A stretch of 64,000 bases of DNA from positions 608,001 through 672,000 of the forward strand of contig CAVUDP010000004.1 in assembly GCA_963740315.1 (NCBI GenBank), in the 5' to 3' direction. This DNA is from an uncultured cyanobacterium. GTDB lineage: Bacteria; Cyanobacteriota; Cyanobacteriia; Cyanobacteriales; Nostocaceae. Positions 53,303-64,000 of the stretch are shown piece by piece. Below the pieces are notes generated by a model. It had not been told where the DNA came from, did not search any database, and saw only the letters and a list, made by a program, of their open reading frames with translations. Position 1 is the stretch's first letter; every line of letters starts with the position of its first letter. The translations under genes were made by a program, and so were the position numbers.

Positions 53303-54022
53303 TTAAGCCGCTTGATCCATCTTCAAATCTCGCAAAGCGTTGGTATCAATTTTAATAGATGGTCCCATTGTGGCAGAGACATAAACTGTCCGCCAATAAC
53401 GACCTTTTGCTCCTGAAGGACGGTTACGGTCAATACTTTCTTGCAATGCCTTCAAGTTTACCAATAAATCTTCTGGGGAGAAAGATGCCTTGCCAAACAT
53501 AACATGAACTATGCCAGTACGGTCGGCTCGATATTCTAATTTACCAGCTTTGAATTCGGCGATCGCACTTGTCAGGTCAAATGTCACGGTTCCACCTTTG
53601 GGGGATGGCATCAAACCACGCGGTCCTAATAGTTTACCAAGTTTTGCTACTTGCGGCATCACGTCAGGGGTAGCAATCAACTTGTCAAAATCCATTCTTC
53701 CCTGCTGAATTTCGGTAATTAGTTCTTCCGAACCTACTACATCAGCACCCGCGCTGCTCGCCTCTGCTACTTTTTCACCTCGCGCAATTACTGCCACTCT
53801 GATGGTTTGTCCGGTTCCTTTTGGCAGTACTACTGTTGTCCGCAATTGCTGATCTGTATATTTGGGATCGATTCCCAAGCGAATATGCGCTTCAGCAGCT
53901 TCGGGAAATTTCGCCGTTGCCGTTTCTTTGAGCAAACTTAAGGCTTCTATCGGTTCGTAATCTTTCTCTTCTACTTTCTCAAGCAGCGTCTTTAAGCGAC
54001 GCGATAACTTATTATTTGCCAT
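53303..54022 (-). CDS. rplA: 50S ribosomal protein L1
   Basis: LGIDP...[24 protein letters not shown]. Confidence 0.97.
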   Translation of the reverse strand: MANNKLSRRLKTLLEKVEEKDYEPIEALSLLKETATAKFPEAAEAHIRLGIDPKYTDQQLRTTVVLPKGTGQTIRVAVIARGEKVAEASSAGADVVGSEELITEIQQGRMDFDKLIATPDVMPQVAKLGKLLGPRGLMPSPKGGTVTFDLTSAIAEFKAGKLEYRADRTGIVHVMFGKASFSPEDLLVNLKALQESIDRNRPSGAKGRYWRTVYVSATMGPSIKIDTNALRDLKMDQAA

Positions 54023-54164
54023 TTTTTACTCCTGGGGTAATCAACGAGATTCTTCTCTCCCCCAATTAATTTTTGTTGATTGTTAGTTGTTAGTGGTTAG
54101 TGGTTAGTGGTTATTTGTTAGTTGTTTATAACTCTTAACTCAATACTCAATACTCAATACTTTC

Positions 54165-54590
54165 TTAATCGCTTACCGTGACACCCATATTACGAGCGGT
54201 ACCCGCAATGATTTTCATCGCCGCTTCAATGTCGTTGGCGTTCAAATCGGGCATTTTAGTTTCTGCAATTTCCCGCAATTGATCTTTTGTGATCGAACCA
54301 ACTTTAACTTTTTGTGGCTCGGCAGAACCTTTCTGTATTTTGGCTGCTTTGGTAATTAGTACCGATGCGGGAGGAGTTTTTAATATAAACGTAAAACTTC
54401 GGTCTTCAAAAACCGAAATTTCTACGGGAATCACCGTTCCAGCTTTATCGGCTGTTTTGGCGTTGTACTCCTTACAGAACATCATGATATTAACGCCGTG
54501 CTGACCTAAAGCAGGTCCCACCGGCGGCGCTGGGTTGGCTTTTCCAGCTTGCAGAGCCAGTTTAATAATCGCTGTTATTTTCTTCGCCAT
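54165..54590 (-). CDS. rplK: 50S ribosomal protein L11
   Basis: [28 protein letters not shown]. Confidence 0.98.
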   Translation of the reverse strand: MAKKITAIIKLALQAGKANPAPPVGPALGQHGVNIMMFCKEYNAKTADKAGTVIPVEISVFEDRSFTFILKTPPASVLITKAAKIQKGSAEPQKVKVGSITKDQLREIAETKMPDLNANDIEAAMKIIAGTARNMGVTVSD

Positions 54591-54596
54591 TTCTTA

Positions 54597-55238
54597 CTAG
54601 CTTTGTTTTTCTACTTGATTAAATTCCAATTCCACTGGCGTGTCTCTTCCGAAAATCGAAAGCGATGCTTTGAGCTTACTTCTTTCCGGACTGACTTCGA
54701 TAACTTCACCTTCAAAATCTTTAAACGGACCTGAAAGCACGACTATCTTATCACCAGCAGCCATATCTATCTTCACTACTGGCTCTTGTTCGGTAGCTTG
54801 CTTGAAGATTCTTTCTACTTCACTATGAGAAAGCGGTAACGGTTTTACGTGTCCGCGCCCTCTACCAGTACCTCGCTTTTGTTCGGCTCCTACGAAGTTG
54901 ATTACATGGGGAGTGTTTCGCACCACCTGCCATATATCATCTTCCATTTCCATCTTTACCAGTACATAGCCAGGAAATACCTTTTCTTCTGTACTGTAGC
55001 GACTGCCATCTTTACGTATCTTGACTGTTGGCGTGTGTGGAATTTCTACTTGGATAATTTTGTCAGCTACATCAAAAGTTTGAATACGCTGCTCCAAGTT
55101 GGTTTTTACACGCTTCTCGCAGCCAGAGGCGACTTGCACTGCAAACCAGCGGGCTGCACGCACGCCATCGTTTTGTGCTGCATCTGTTTCCTCTGACTGC
55201 AACGGCGAATTACGATCTTCGTCTGTTGCAGAATTCAT
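54597..55238 (-). CDS. nusG: Transcription termination/antitermination factor NusG
   Basis: WFAVQV.SG.E, FPGYVLV, VRNTP.V..FVG, KOW GPF..FEG, IFGR.TPVEL; ATG overlaps secE stop. Confidence 0.96.
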   Translation of the reverse strand: MNSATDEDRNSPLQSEETDAAQNDGVRAARWFAVQVASGCEKRVKTNLEQRIQTFDVADKIIQVEIPHTPTVKIRKDGSRYSTEEKVFPGYVLVKMEMEDDIWQVVRNTPHVINFVGAEQKRGTGRGRGHVKPLPLSHSEVERIFKQATEQEPVVKIDMAAGDKIVVLSGPFKDFEGEVIEVSPERSKLKASLSIFGRDTPVELEFNQVEKQS

Positions 55239-55459
55239 TTGAATACCACTGTTGCTGCCCAAGCAAAGAATTTATCTACAAAAAATATCACTGTAGCGGA
55301 AAGAGTTACCATCAACAGCACCGCTGCGGATTCACTCACGAGCTGTTTGCGACTTGGCCAAACGACTTTTTCAAATTCCTCTTTGGTTCCTTTAAAAAAG
55401 TTGCTAATACTAAATCCGCTATTCATTTCTTGCATTTGTGCTTCGTTCTTTTTGGCCAC
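55235..55459 (-). CDS. secE: Preprotein translocase subunit SecE
   Basis: EFEKVVWPSR plus TM helix; position before nusG. Confidence 0.93.
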   Translation of the reverse strand: MAKKNEAQMQEMNSGFSISNFFKGTKEEFEKVVWPSRKQLVSESAAVLLMVTLSATVIFFVDKFFAWAATVVFK

Positions 55460-55652
55460 AGTCCTTACTCTCCCCTTTACCTTATATTCTTGTTACACGG
55501 AAGTCTCCATTAATAGTAACAGCTTTAAATTAGACTAATATTTATATCAAATAGATAAAGCTGCTATAAAAATAAAATCAACCCGAAATTTTCAGTAAAA
55601 CTGATATTACAGTTATAGCTGCAAAATTTTCGGGCTGCATTTTATTTGAGAG

Positions 55653-55725
55653 CGCGCCCTGGAGGACTTGAACCCCCGACATCAGGTTTTGGAGACCTGC
55701 GTTCTACCAACTGAACTAAGAGCGC
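55653..55725 (-). tRNA. trnW: tRNA-Trp(CCA)
   Basis: GCGCTCTTAGTTCAGTTGGTAGAAC GCAGG-TCTCCAAAA-CCTGA ..GGTTCAAGTCC; 73 nt. Confidence 0.97.
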
Positions 55726-55912
55726 ACAAGCTTTGTTGATAATTTTTTTGTGCCGGTGATTATTAGTTTAACCTAATTATGACAAATACGATCTACTTTT
55801 TTCTAGAAATTAATGAAGAGCGGCGGTGGAGGCAGCGCTGGCGCGGGAGTTTTCCCCCATTAGGATGCCGCTTTGGTGTAAATGCCTTGACTTCATCGAT
55901 GTATTTGCTATA

Positions 55913-56275
55913 TCACAACGAGCGGTCAAAACGTTGCTTAATACGGGTAGCTTTACCGATGCGATCGCGTAGATAATAAAGTTTCGCACGTCGTACTTTA
56001 CCGCGACGCATGACTTTTATGCTATCAATTCGGGGAGAATTCACCAGAAAAACCCTTTCAACGCCAACGCCTTGAAATACTTTGCGAACTGTAATGGTTT
56101 CATTAATTCCACCATTACGCTTGGCAATTACAACTCCTTCGTAGGGCTGTACCCGAAATTTTTCGCCTTCTTTAATTTTTACTCCGACTCTTACGGTATC
56201 ACCTACGTAAATTAATGGTAGGTCTGTTTTAAGATGTTCCGCTTCTATGTCACGGATTATTTGTTGTACGTTCAT
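55913..56275 (-). CDS. rplS: 50S ribosomal protein L19
   Basis: [34 protein letters not shown]. Confidence 0.97.
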   Translation of the reverse strand: MNVQQIIRDIEAEHLKTDLPLIYVGDTVRVGVKIKEGEKFRVQPYEGVVIAKRNGGINETITVRKVFQGVGVERVFLVNSPRIDSIKVMRRGKVRRAKLYYLRDRIGKATRIKQRFDRSL

Positions 56276-56445
56276 TGGTTATGGGTTATCTTCAAATCTC
56301 ACGATCGCTAATAATAAATCAATATTGAAGTTAAGTCCACTCATTTAAAACTATTATTTTGCCGATCGCCAGAATATTTTGTATAAAGCAAAATATCTTT
56401 TTATATTGGATAGTTTACAAGGCTGTAGATAAAGGTGTGAGATGT

Positions 56446-57414
56446 ATGAAATTTAGCGTTGTGATTACAACCTACAATCGTTTAGATTTACTCAAACGAG
56501 CCATGAACTCTGCACTTAATCAAACTATTGAGTGTGAAGTTGTTATTGCTGATGATTGTTCTTCTGATGGTACGCGGGAGTACGTCGAATCCTTCAAGGA
56601 ACAGATGCCACCCTCCACTCAGCAACGACTAGTTTACTTTTGCAACAGTACTAATTCCGGTCATGCTGCGACAGTAAATGCTGGGATTACGATAGCGAAA
56701 GGCGAGTGGATTAAGTTTTTGGACGATGATGACTATCTCGCCAGCAATTGTTTGTCAGAAATGCAACGGGCGATCGCACTTTGTGAAAATGCTGTAATCT
56801 GCTCTTGTATTGCGGCTCAGGTGAATGAGTTTGAAGTTGAACTTAGTCGTACACCAGTACTAGGTTCGGGATTGGCTTTCTACATTCCTCAAGCAGATAT
56901 TCATTACGGTATGCTTTTGGAAAAATTACCATTTGGTACGCCAGTTCAAGTGGCTTGTAGCCGTGAAGCTTTCTTGAAAAGCGGTGGATGGGATACATTG
57001 ATGGGCTGCGATAGTGATGATATCGATTCTTGGATTCGTATTGGTCAGTTTGGTGATGCCCTAATCGTAAATCAGTGTTTGGCTTACCGAACAATTTGGT
57101 CTGGAGGATACAACCAAAAAGTCTTTCTTAAAAAGCGTTTGAATACCAATATTTTAATGAAAGAGAAGATTTACGCTTTAGTTAACGAGCAGTATCGCTC
57201 CGATATTCCAGCCTTTAATGATATTAAACATTACTTGAAACTGCATTGGGCAATAGTCGCTTTAAAGCAAAAGAATCTCAAAAATTTTATTATATTAGCA
57301 GATGTATCTGTTTTATCTTTGACTGCTTGGCGGCTTTTGTTCGCTTCAGCTTTAGCACGTCGTGGTAATTTACACTGCCCTAATTTACGTAAAATTGTCT
57401 TAATCGAATCATAA
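56446..57414 (+). CDS. Glycosyltransferase family 2
   Basis: FSVVITTYNR, ADDCSSDGT, FLDDDD; start at ATG 56446. Confidence 0.9.
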   Translation: MKFSVVITTYNRLDLLKRAMNSALNQTIECEVVIADDCSSDGTREYVESFKEQMPPSTQQRLVYFCNSTNSGHAATVNAGITIAKGEWIKFLDDDDYLASNCLSEMQRAIALCENAVICSCIAAQVNEFEVELSRTPVLGSGLAFYIPQADIHYGMLLEKLPFGTPVQVACSREAFLKSGGWDTLMGCDSDDIDSWIRIGQFGDALIVNQCLAYRTIWSGGYNQKVFLKKRLNTNILMKEKIYALVNEQYRSDIPAFNDIKHYLKLHWAIVALKQKNLKNFIILADVSVLSLTAWRLLFASALARRGNLHCPNLRKIVLIES

Positions 57415-57702
57415 TAATATTTTATCGTAAATTGTTTTACCTATATATAGTCGATCGAATATAATTTCTAATAAGCACAAAAGATTAAAAATATTTAATC
57501 GATTAATTTTCATCCGGATCTAAATAACTATTACAAGTAATGAATAAGTTTACAATCGTAAATATCAGATTTAAACTTAGAGAAAACAGTCTAAGTATAT
57601 AAACTTCTACCTTAAGTATTAAGCAAAACTTCCATTCCACTAGTTACTATAATTTAATCCTCTGGATAAATTTAATTATTTATTAGAATTCACGATATCT
57701 CA

Positions 57703-58764
57703 ATGAAAATAATACATATTCTGAACGATATTCAAGAAATTGGTAACGGTATCATCAATGTGGCTGTAGATATCGCTTGTTTACAAGCCAAAAATGGTCA
57801 TGATGTCGCAGTAATTTCCGATGGTGGTGAATATGAAATCTTGCTCAGTAAATATGGTGTAAAACATTACCATTTAAATCAAAAAAGAACGCCGCTTAAT
57901 ATTCTCAAAGCAGGAATAATTTACCGAAAGATTATCAAAGATTTTCAGCCAGATATCGTTCACGCTCATATGATGACAGGAATTTTATTAGCAAGTGCTT
58001 TGAGAATTGGAAACAATTATGGTTTAGTTTCTACAGTACATAATGAGTTTCAGCGTCAAAGTATATTAATGGGTTTAGCTGACAGAGTAATTGCTGTTAG
58101 TAAAGCTGTTGCTCAAAATACGATCCAGCGGGGAATTCCAGAAAATAAATTACGGGTTATCTGTAACGGAACTTTGGGAAGCCCGCGTAACCCGATCGAA
58201 ACTGAATACCAATTACAATTGCAGCATCCAGCAGTTGTGACTCTTGCCGGAATGTATCAGCGTAAAGGTATTGCTGTATTAATAGATGCTTTCGAGCAAA
58301 TTGCAGATTTATTTCCTCAAGCCCATCTTTATATAGTAGGAAATGGTCCGGATAAACAACTGTTTGAAGCACAAGCACAGCAAGTAAGCTCCGTGAATCG
58401 GATTCATTTTGAAGGTTATCAGCCACAACCGCAGCGCTACTTAAACTCTTGCGATCTATTTGTCCTCGCTTCATTTCGCGATCCTTGTCCGCTGGTACTT
58501 TCAGAAGCACGTGAAGCAGGCTGTGCTATTATTGCCACCGATGTTGATGGGATTCCCGAAGCTTTAGATTATGGTGAAGCTGGGCTTTTGGTACCGCCAA
58601 GAGATAGTCAAGCTTTAGCAAACACTTTGACAAAATTGCTCAATGATGAAAGTACATTAAACGAATGGAAAAATCGAGCCAGTCAAAATTTAGAACGTTT
58701 GAATGTTAAGCGCGTTTGTCAGGAAACATTAGCGGTTTATCGAGAATTGGACAATAGGGGATAG
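57703..58764 (+). CDS. Glycosyltransferase family 4
   Basis: PDIVHAH, RKG, GNGP, LVLSEA..AG..IIATDVDGIPE. Confidence 0.9.
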   Translation: MKIIHILNDIQEIGNGIINVAVDIACLQAKNGHDVAVISDGGEYEILLSKYGVKHYHLNQKRTPLNILKAGIIYRKIIKDFQPDIVHAHMMTGILLASALRIGNNYGLVSTVHNEFQRQSILMGLADRVIAVSKAVAQNTIQRGIPENKLRVICNGTLGSPRNPIETEYQLQLQHPAVVTLAGMYQRKGIAVLIDAFEQIADLFPQAHLYIVGNGPDKQLFEAQAQQVSSVNRIHFEGYQPQPQRYLNSCDLFVLASFRDPCPLVLSEAREAGCAIIATDVDGIPEALDYGEAGLLVPPRDSQALANTLTKLLNDESTLNEWKNRASQNLERLNVKRVCQETLAVYRELDNRG

Positions 58765-58779
58765 GAGATGGGGTTCGGG

Positions 58780-58831
58780 GGAGTACTTCGACAAGTCTTA
58801 CAGTGAGCTACGTCGAACTGCTCAGTAACCT
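58780..58831. repeat. CTTCGACAAGCTCAG-type repeat carrying a 25-nt insertion
   Basis: Uninterrupted allele at 6640-6666 (reverse strand). Confidence 0.7.
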
Positions 58832-58913
58832 TTGGGGAGAGGGGGAGACAAGGGGATAAAAATAATTTTAACCTTTGACATGCAGACCTTTAACATGCAG
58901 ACCTTAATTACTC

Positions 58914-61900
58914 CTAACTCCTTCCCCATTTCCCAGCGAACAAATCGTGCAACAAAATATAAAAACAGGGAATCACAAATAAAGTCAGTAGCGTTGCTAA
59001 AGACAACCCGGAAAATACTACTACACCCAAAGGTTGTAAAAATTCCGAACCTTCACCAATTCCTAATGCTAGGGGGAACATACCTAAAACTGTAGTAATG
59101 GTTGTCATTAATACCGGACGCAAGCGTTGAGGTGCGGCTTGCAATATTGCGCTTTGGCGATCGATACCTTTTCGTTCGCGAATTTGATTTGCTAGCTCTA
59201 CCATAATAATGGCGTTGTTAACAACAATTCCTACTAATAATACGGCACCAACTATAACTGTTGCACCGATCGCTGTTTGAGTAATGTAAAGCCCTAAAAT
59301 TCCCCCAGCTAACGCCAAAGGGATTGTAAACATAATTACTAAGGGATCTACAAGGGAATTGTACTGCACTGCCATGACTACAAATACTAGAAAAGCGGCT
59401 AATCCTCCCAACAATTTCAAAGAATTTTGTAGTTGCTGATTGGCTTCTGATGCCGAACTGGGCAATACCGACACACCCGACGGTAAATCCAAAGTAGCAA
59501 GTACGGAATTCACCTGTTTTGTGGCTTCGCTAAGACTGGCTCCTTCAGATAAATTACCGGCAATAATAAAAACTTGACGCTGGTTGATCCGCTGAATTTC
59601 TCCAGGTGCTTTTCCCTCTACAATTTCAGCAACATCACTCAAACGTATTTGACGGTTATTATCAACAAATAAAGGTAGTCTTGCTAATTCCGAAGAAGAT
59701 TGTATGGAGTCTTCATCTAACTGTACTCTTATATCTACCAAACGGTTATCGCGCTGCAACTGAGTAGGTGTACTACCTTCAATAGCGGTTTGAATTGTGT
59801 CGCCAATTTCTTGAGCGGTTAATCCTACTGCTGCAACTCTTTCCCAGTTAGGAAGAATTTGAATTTCTGGTTGACGCGGATCGGCATCGGGACGAAATCT
59901 GGCTAAGGGTACTTGCTCCTCTACCGCAGCTAACACTTGACGACCTGCTTCTTCTAAGGATTCAGAATCATTTCCTTGCAAAATAATATCAACATCTGCA
60001 CCACGCACGGGAGAATTACTTAAAATCAAACCCCTAACTTCACCGGGGCTGATACGCAAGCGAATTCCTGCTAAATTGAGCTTATCAAACTCGGCGGAAA
60101 CTTTTTCGACATAAGCTTCTATATCGGTACCGGGTTTTAAAGTAATGGTACTCGAACCCCGAAGTGGGTTTTCGCTGGTACTAGTACCAAATAGAAAACC
60201 GCCAGAAGTGGTAAAAGCGTACTCGGTTTCTGACTGATTGAGCAAAATGTCATCTACCGCAGCCATCACTTTTTGGTTTGTTTCTAATGGTGTACCGGGA
60301 GGAAACTGAGCAAATAATCGAGCTTGTCCGGTACTGATGCGCGGTAAAATTTCTTGAGGGATTTGGGGAATCATCCATAAACTGCTTCCACCAAAAATTA
60401 AAATAGCCAGCCCAATTGCTAACAATCGAAAACGCAGCACTTTACTTAAAAAATTGCCGTATGCTCTCGTAGCGTCTTCAAAACGGCGATTAAACTGACT
60501 TAGCAACCAAAATTCATTTAAGCGACTCGACCATCTCCACGCTAATAATCGAGATGTCATCATTGGCACAACTGTGACTGCAATCAAGATAGAAGCCGCG
60601 ATCGAAAAGCTGATTGTGAGAATTAATTCGTTGAATAGCAGCGAAATAAAGCCACCGATTAATACAAATGGTAATACCGCAACTAAGTTTGTACTGGTGG
60701 AAGCAATTAATGCTGATTCAACTTCCCGGCTACTTTTTTCGGCTTGATTAAGTAGTTGATGCGGACTCAAGCGAGTTTTTGTATTTTTTCCGGGAGTCAT
60801 CCCCGCACCCTCGGCAATATTCTCCAACATGACAATGGAGTTATCGACGACAATCCCCACACCCAAAGCCAAACCACCCAAACTAAACACGTTGAGAGAT
60901 AAACCAAATATTCCCATCAAAATAATTGCGGCTAAAGTTGCCAAGGGAATTGCCAGCACGATAATCAGCGTTTGACGGATAGAACCAAGAAATAACAAAA
61001 CGGCGATCGCAGCTAGCAAGGTGCCAATTAAACCGGAAGTGGCGACGTTGGATATAGAATTACTGATAAATTTTGATTCATCCGAAGTAGTTGTAATTAC
61101 CGTTCCTTCTGGAATTACACCAGATTCTTTTAACTGTTCTAAACGCTTTTTGACATCATCTACAACGTTGATTGTATTGGCATCCGGTTGCTTTTGAACG
61201 CTGAGTTTTACCGATTCTTCGCCATTGAGCAAAACGAACACGCGCTGTTCTTCGGCACCATCTATAACTTGAGCAAAATCTCGCAGGTAAACTCGTTGAG
61301 GAGAAGTTGGCGTTGTAGATGATTCGGAGGGAGAAGACACTTCAAAGGAAAGATTTTTAAGTTCTTCAGCATCTTTAAAACGTCCTACAGTCCGGATTAA
61401 TGGTTCGGAATTTTCCCCCAAAATTCTACCACCGGAAATATCTTGGTTGCGGGTTCTCAGTTCATCAAGTACGTCATTTAAACCTACACCCAAAGCTTGC
61501 AAGCGGTTTAAGTCAATATTTACCCTAATTTCTTCTTGAAGACCTCCCGATACATCTACCCCTGCAACTCCCGGAACTACACTGAGTTCGCGAGCTAATT
61601 CTTCTTCCGCAAATACACGCAGGTCAACTCCTTTCAAAGAAGGGGAAGTTAAAGCAAATTCGTAAATAGGTAATTGGGAAGGGTCGAATTTGAAAATACG
61701 CGGTGCTTCAAGAGTATCTGGAAGACGGCTTCTGGCTCTGTTATATGCAGCAGTCGCATCGTTGAGGGCTTGATCGATGTTACCCCCCGGTTGAAAGTAC
61801 ATATCTACACTTATTCTTCCTTCACGAGTTTGAGAATATACCTGAATCACACCTTCTGTAGCAGCAAAAGCTTCTTCTAAAGGTCTGGTAATTTCATCAA

Positions 61901-62105
61901 CTCCTACTTGCGGAGAAATCCCGGGAGCTTCTAAACGTGCGCCAATTCGGGGATAGGTAATTGATGGCAGCAAATCTACTGGTAATCGGATGATATAAAA
62001 AACACCTAAAACAATCACTGCCAGCGTCAGCATCAGCGTACCGATATGCTGCCGGATAGAAACACCGCTAATACTAAATCCGCTTTTTTCGTTAATCTGC
62101 TGCAT
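58914..62105 (-). CDS. RND efflux permease (AcrB family)
   Basis: LPVDLLP, GIVVDNSIV.LENI, GIVVNNAI, RLRPVLMTT; start at ATG 62105. Confidence 0.95.
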   Translation of the reverse strand: MQQINEKSGFSISGVSIRQHIGTLMLTLAVIVLGVFYIIRLPVDLLPSITYPRIGARLEAPGISPQVGVDEITRPLEEAFAATEGVIQVYSQTREGRISVDMYFQPGGNIDQALNDATAAYNRARSRLPDTLEAPRIFKFDPSQLPIYEFALTSPSLKGVDLRVFAEEELARELSVVPGVAGVDVSGGLQEEIRVNIDLNRLQALGVGLNDVLDELRTRNQDISGGRILGENSEPLIRTVGRFKDAEELKNLSFEVSSPSESSTTPTSPQRVYLRDFAQVIDGAEEQRVFVLLNGEESVKLSVQKQPDANTINVVDDVKKRLEQLKESGVIPEGTVITTTSDESKFISNSISNVATSGLIGTLLAAIAVLLFLGSIRQTLIIVLAIPLATLAAIILMGIFGLSLNVFSLGGLALGVGIVVDNSIVMLENIAEGAGMTPGKNTKTRLSPHQLLNQAEKSSREVESALIASTSTNLVAVLPFVLIGGFISLLFNELILTISFSIAASILIAVTVVPMMTSRLLAWRWSSRLNEFWLLSQFNRRFEDATRAYGNFLSKVLRFRLLAIGLAILIFGGSSLWMIPQIPQEILPRISTGQARLFAQFPPGTPLETNQKVMAAVDDILLNQSETEYAFTTSGGFLFGTSTSENPLRGSSTITLKPGTDIEAYVEKVSAEFDKLNLAGIRLRISPGEVRGLILSNSPVRGADVDIILQGNDSESLEEAGRQVLAAVEEQVPLARFRPDADPRQPEIQILPNWERVAAVGLTAQEIGDTIQTAIEGSTPTQLQRDNRLVDIRVQLDEDSIQSSSELARLPLFVDNNRQIRLSDVAEIVEGKAPGEIQRINQRQVFIIAGNLSEGASLSEATKQVNSVLATLDLPSGVSVLPSSASEANQQLQNSLKLLGGLAAFLVFVVMAVQYNSLVDPLVIMFTIPLALAGGILGLYITQTAIGATVIVGAVLLVGIVVNNAIIMVELANQIRERKGIDRQSAILQAAPQRLRPVLMTTITTVLGMFPLALGIGEGSEFLQPLGVVVFSGLSLATLLTLFVIPCFYILLHDLFAGKWGRS

Positions 62106-62230
62106 ATTTTCAATTAACAATTATCAGTTATCAGTTATCAATTAACCACTATCAATATTTTCTAAAACTCATTAATTATTAAATATCGACCAACTACTAA
62201 CAACTACTTTCTTCCCGCTCTGTAATTATT

Positions 62231-62281
62231 TATCTCTCTTTACATCTTTCCTCTGCGCTCTGTGCGTCAAGCATCGGTTTT
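62231..62281 (-). repeat. CGCAGAG 9-mer repeat unit (degenerate)
   Basis: tatctctctttacatctttcctctgcgctctgtgcgtc; same family as 31643 and 44851. Confidence 0.65.
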
Positions 62282-62348
62282 TTATCGGTAATCATAAAGC
62301 CGGGAGAACACTAACAACTTTCACCCGTAGGGTGTGGATCGTCAACTA

Positions 62349-63722
62349 TCAATTTTTAATTGATTCGCCTTTTTCTGAAAGAATTGAAAGACGTACAGAT
62401 GCACCATCTTTCAACGGTTCTCCGCTACGAGCTACAAATTTTTCTCCCGGTTGCAATCCAGATATAATTTCGACTTTGCCATCAACCTTTTTTCCGATTG
62501 TTACTTCTCTGGCTGACACCGTAGGTTTTCCTTGTGTTTGTGTTAAAACAAATATTTTTTCTTGACGATTTTGATTGAGTTTTTGTTTACTTTCGGTTTC
62601 TCTTCTCCTTTCTCCTTGCAAGGCTGTCTCTGGTATGACAACATTTGCTTGTTCGGGGGACGTAAAATCAACTCTTGCTAATAAACCGCTACCAATCTGT
62701 AGATCGTTATTGGGAATAACTACTTCTACTGGTACTAGTCGAGCAGTTGGATCGGCGGCTGGAGAAATACGGGTAACTGTTCCGTAATATGTTTGGTTGG
62801 GGAAAGCATCTAAACGTACTTGTACGGATTGCCCAACCTGAATTTTTGCTAATTCTAATTCGGAGACTTGAACTTCCACTTTAATGCGGTTGAAGTCCCC
62901 TATTTTTAATAGTTCATTCCCCGGTTGAACAAAATTTCCTGGTTCTGTTAACCTTTGTAAAACCGTGCCAGCAATCGGTGATGCCAATCTTGCGTATGTT
63001 CGTCGTTCTACAGTTTCTGCAACTACTGCTTGTTGAGCTACAACTCTACCCTGCGCCGCAGCAAGGGCTTGCTGTTCTGTACTGACGTTTTCTTGAGCCG
63101 CACGAACAACTTGAGCGGCAGTTTGCGCTTCTGTACTTGCTTGCTCGGCTGCTGCGCGGGCGATCGCACCAAGTTGTGCTAGTTTTTGCTGTCTTTGGGA
63201 ATCTGCTTGCTGTTGTTGGAGTTGCAACCGCGTTCTTTCTACTTCTACACGAGCATTGCTTATCTGAGTCTTGATGCGTGCAACTTCAGATTTAAGAGAT
63301 GCTAATTCTGCTTCTGCTTGATTTATTGCCGTTTTCAGTAGAGCATCATCTATTTGCCCAATGACTTGCCCTTTGTTTACTGCATCCCCTACATCTACAT
63401 TTAACGCTAGAAGCCTTCCTTGCACCTGCGATCGCAATGACACTGTACTAAAAGGTGTTGTAGTACCCGTCAGCGGCTGTTCTTTTTGTAACGAACCCGT
63501 GCGGGCGATCGCAACATCCACAGCCGTTGCACCACCTTTTTCTCCCCTACCCCCACGCTCAGAAGCAGCTCCTGCTGATTCTTTCGGAGATTCGCCGCAA
63601 CCAGTAGTTAAAAGCCCCAAGCCTAAGACACAAGCAATCAATCCGCAAGAAGGAATCAAGCGATAGGCTTCGGAAAAAAAATCTTTATTATGTTGTCTGG
63701 TTGTCTCCTTTTTGTAGGGCAT
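62349..63722 (-). CDS. RND periplasmic adaptor (membrane fusion protein), lipoprotein
   Basis: LTTGC lipobox, V..GD.V.KGQ, SPIAG.V, G.VTRISP.ADP..R. Confidence 0.92.
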   Translation of the reverse strand: MPYKKETTRQHNKDFFSEAYRLIPSCGLIACVLGLGLLTTGCGESPKESAGAASERGGRGEKGGATAVDVAIARTGSLQKEQPLTGTTTPFSTVSLRSQVQGRLLALNVDVGDAVNKGQVIGQIDDALLKTAINQAEAELASLKSEVARIKTQISNARVEVERTRLQLQQQQADSQRQQKLAQLGAIARAAAEQASTEAQTAAQVVRAAQENVSTEQQALAAAQGRVVAQQAVVAETVERRTYARLASPIAGTVLQRLTEPGNFVQPGNELLKIGDFNRIKVEVQVSELELAKIQVGQSVQVRLDAFPNQTYYGTVTRISPAADPTARLVPVEVVIPNNDLQIGSGLLARVDFTSPEQANVVIPETALQGERRRETESKQKLNQNRQEKIFVLTQTQGKPTVSAREVTIGKKVDGKVEIISGLQPGEKFVARSGEPLKDGASVRLSILSEKGESIKN

Positions 63723-64000
63723 ATTTTTGTTGAATTTGTGTCTCTAAATTATTGATTTTTTGAATAATACAATTGTCTGTTTCAAATAATTATTAATAAA
63801 TATTATCAACTTTAAAAGGTATAAATTTACATTTTTGACTTATATTAGAAACACCGAATATGCTCATTGAACGCCGAAAAAGTCATGTTTTCACGACAAC
63901 AAACCGGGTTTCTGACAGGGGCGCATTCGGGTGAAGCAACAATGGTTTTTTACAAGCTTGTTTGATATACCTTCATTAGTATTCATCCTGGAAATGCCTG

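Overview
Chromosomal segment of a filamentous, probably heterocystous (Nostocales, Rivularia/Calothrix-like) cyanobacterium. This is inferred from AT-rich DNA, frequent HIP1 (GCGATCGC), heptamer/octamer STRR arrays and gene content. Core genes: rpmF, ureC, nadA, trxA/rexT, tmk-holB, dnaK-dnaJ, lysA-cdaA-uppS, rimI, clpC, rplS-tRNA-Trp-secE-nusG-rplK-rplA-rplJ-rplL, two glycosyltransferases and an RND pump. Accessory patches: (1) 8.1-17.9 kb around a lone ureC and next to tRNA-Ser(TGA): Uma2 nucleases, antitoxin remnants, a GxxExxY nuclease exactly bracketed by 46-bp inverted repeats, SMI1/KNR4, a PARIS-like AAA+DUF4435 pair, and a methyltransferase fused to a HIT domain lacking its catalytic His; (2) 24.9-31.7 kb: REP-rich, with DUF3140/DUF2945, S41 peptidase, LRV-repeat and NuiA-like genes; (3) 45-49.8 kb: an ATP-grasp ligase, methyltransferase and Na+/solute symporter cluster plus an HTH gene. 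A recurring theme is single genes bracketed by paired repeats. All assignments are by eye from motifs; no database searches were run.
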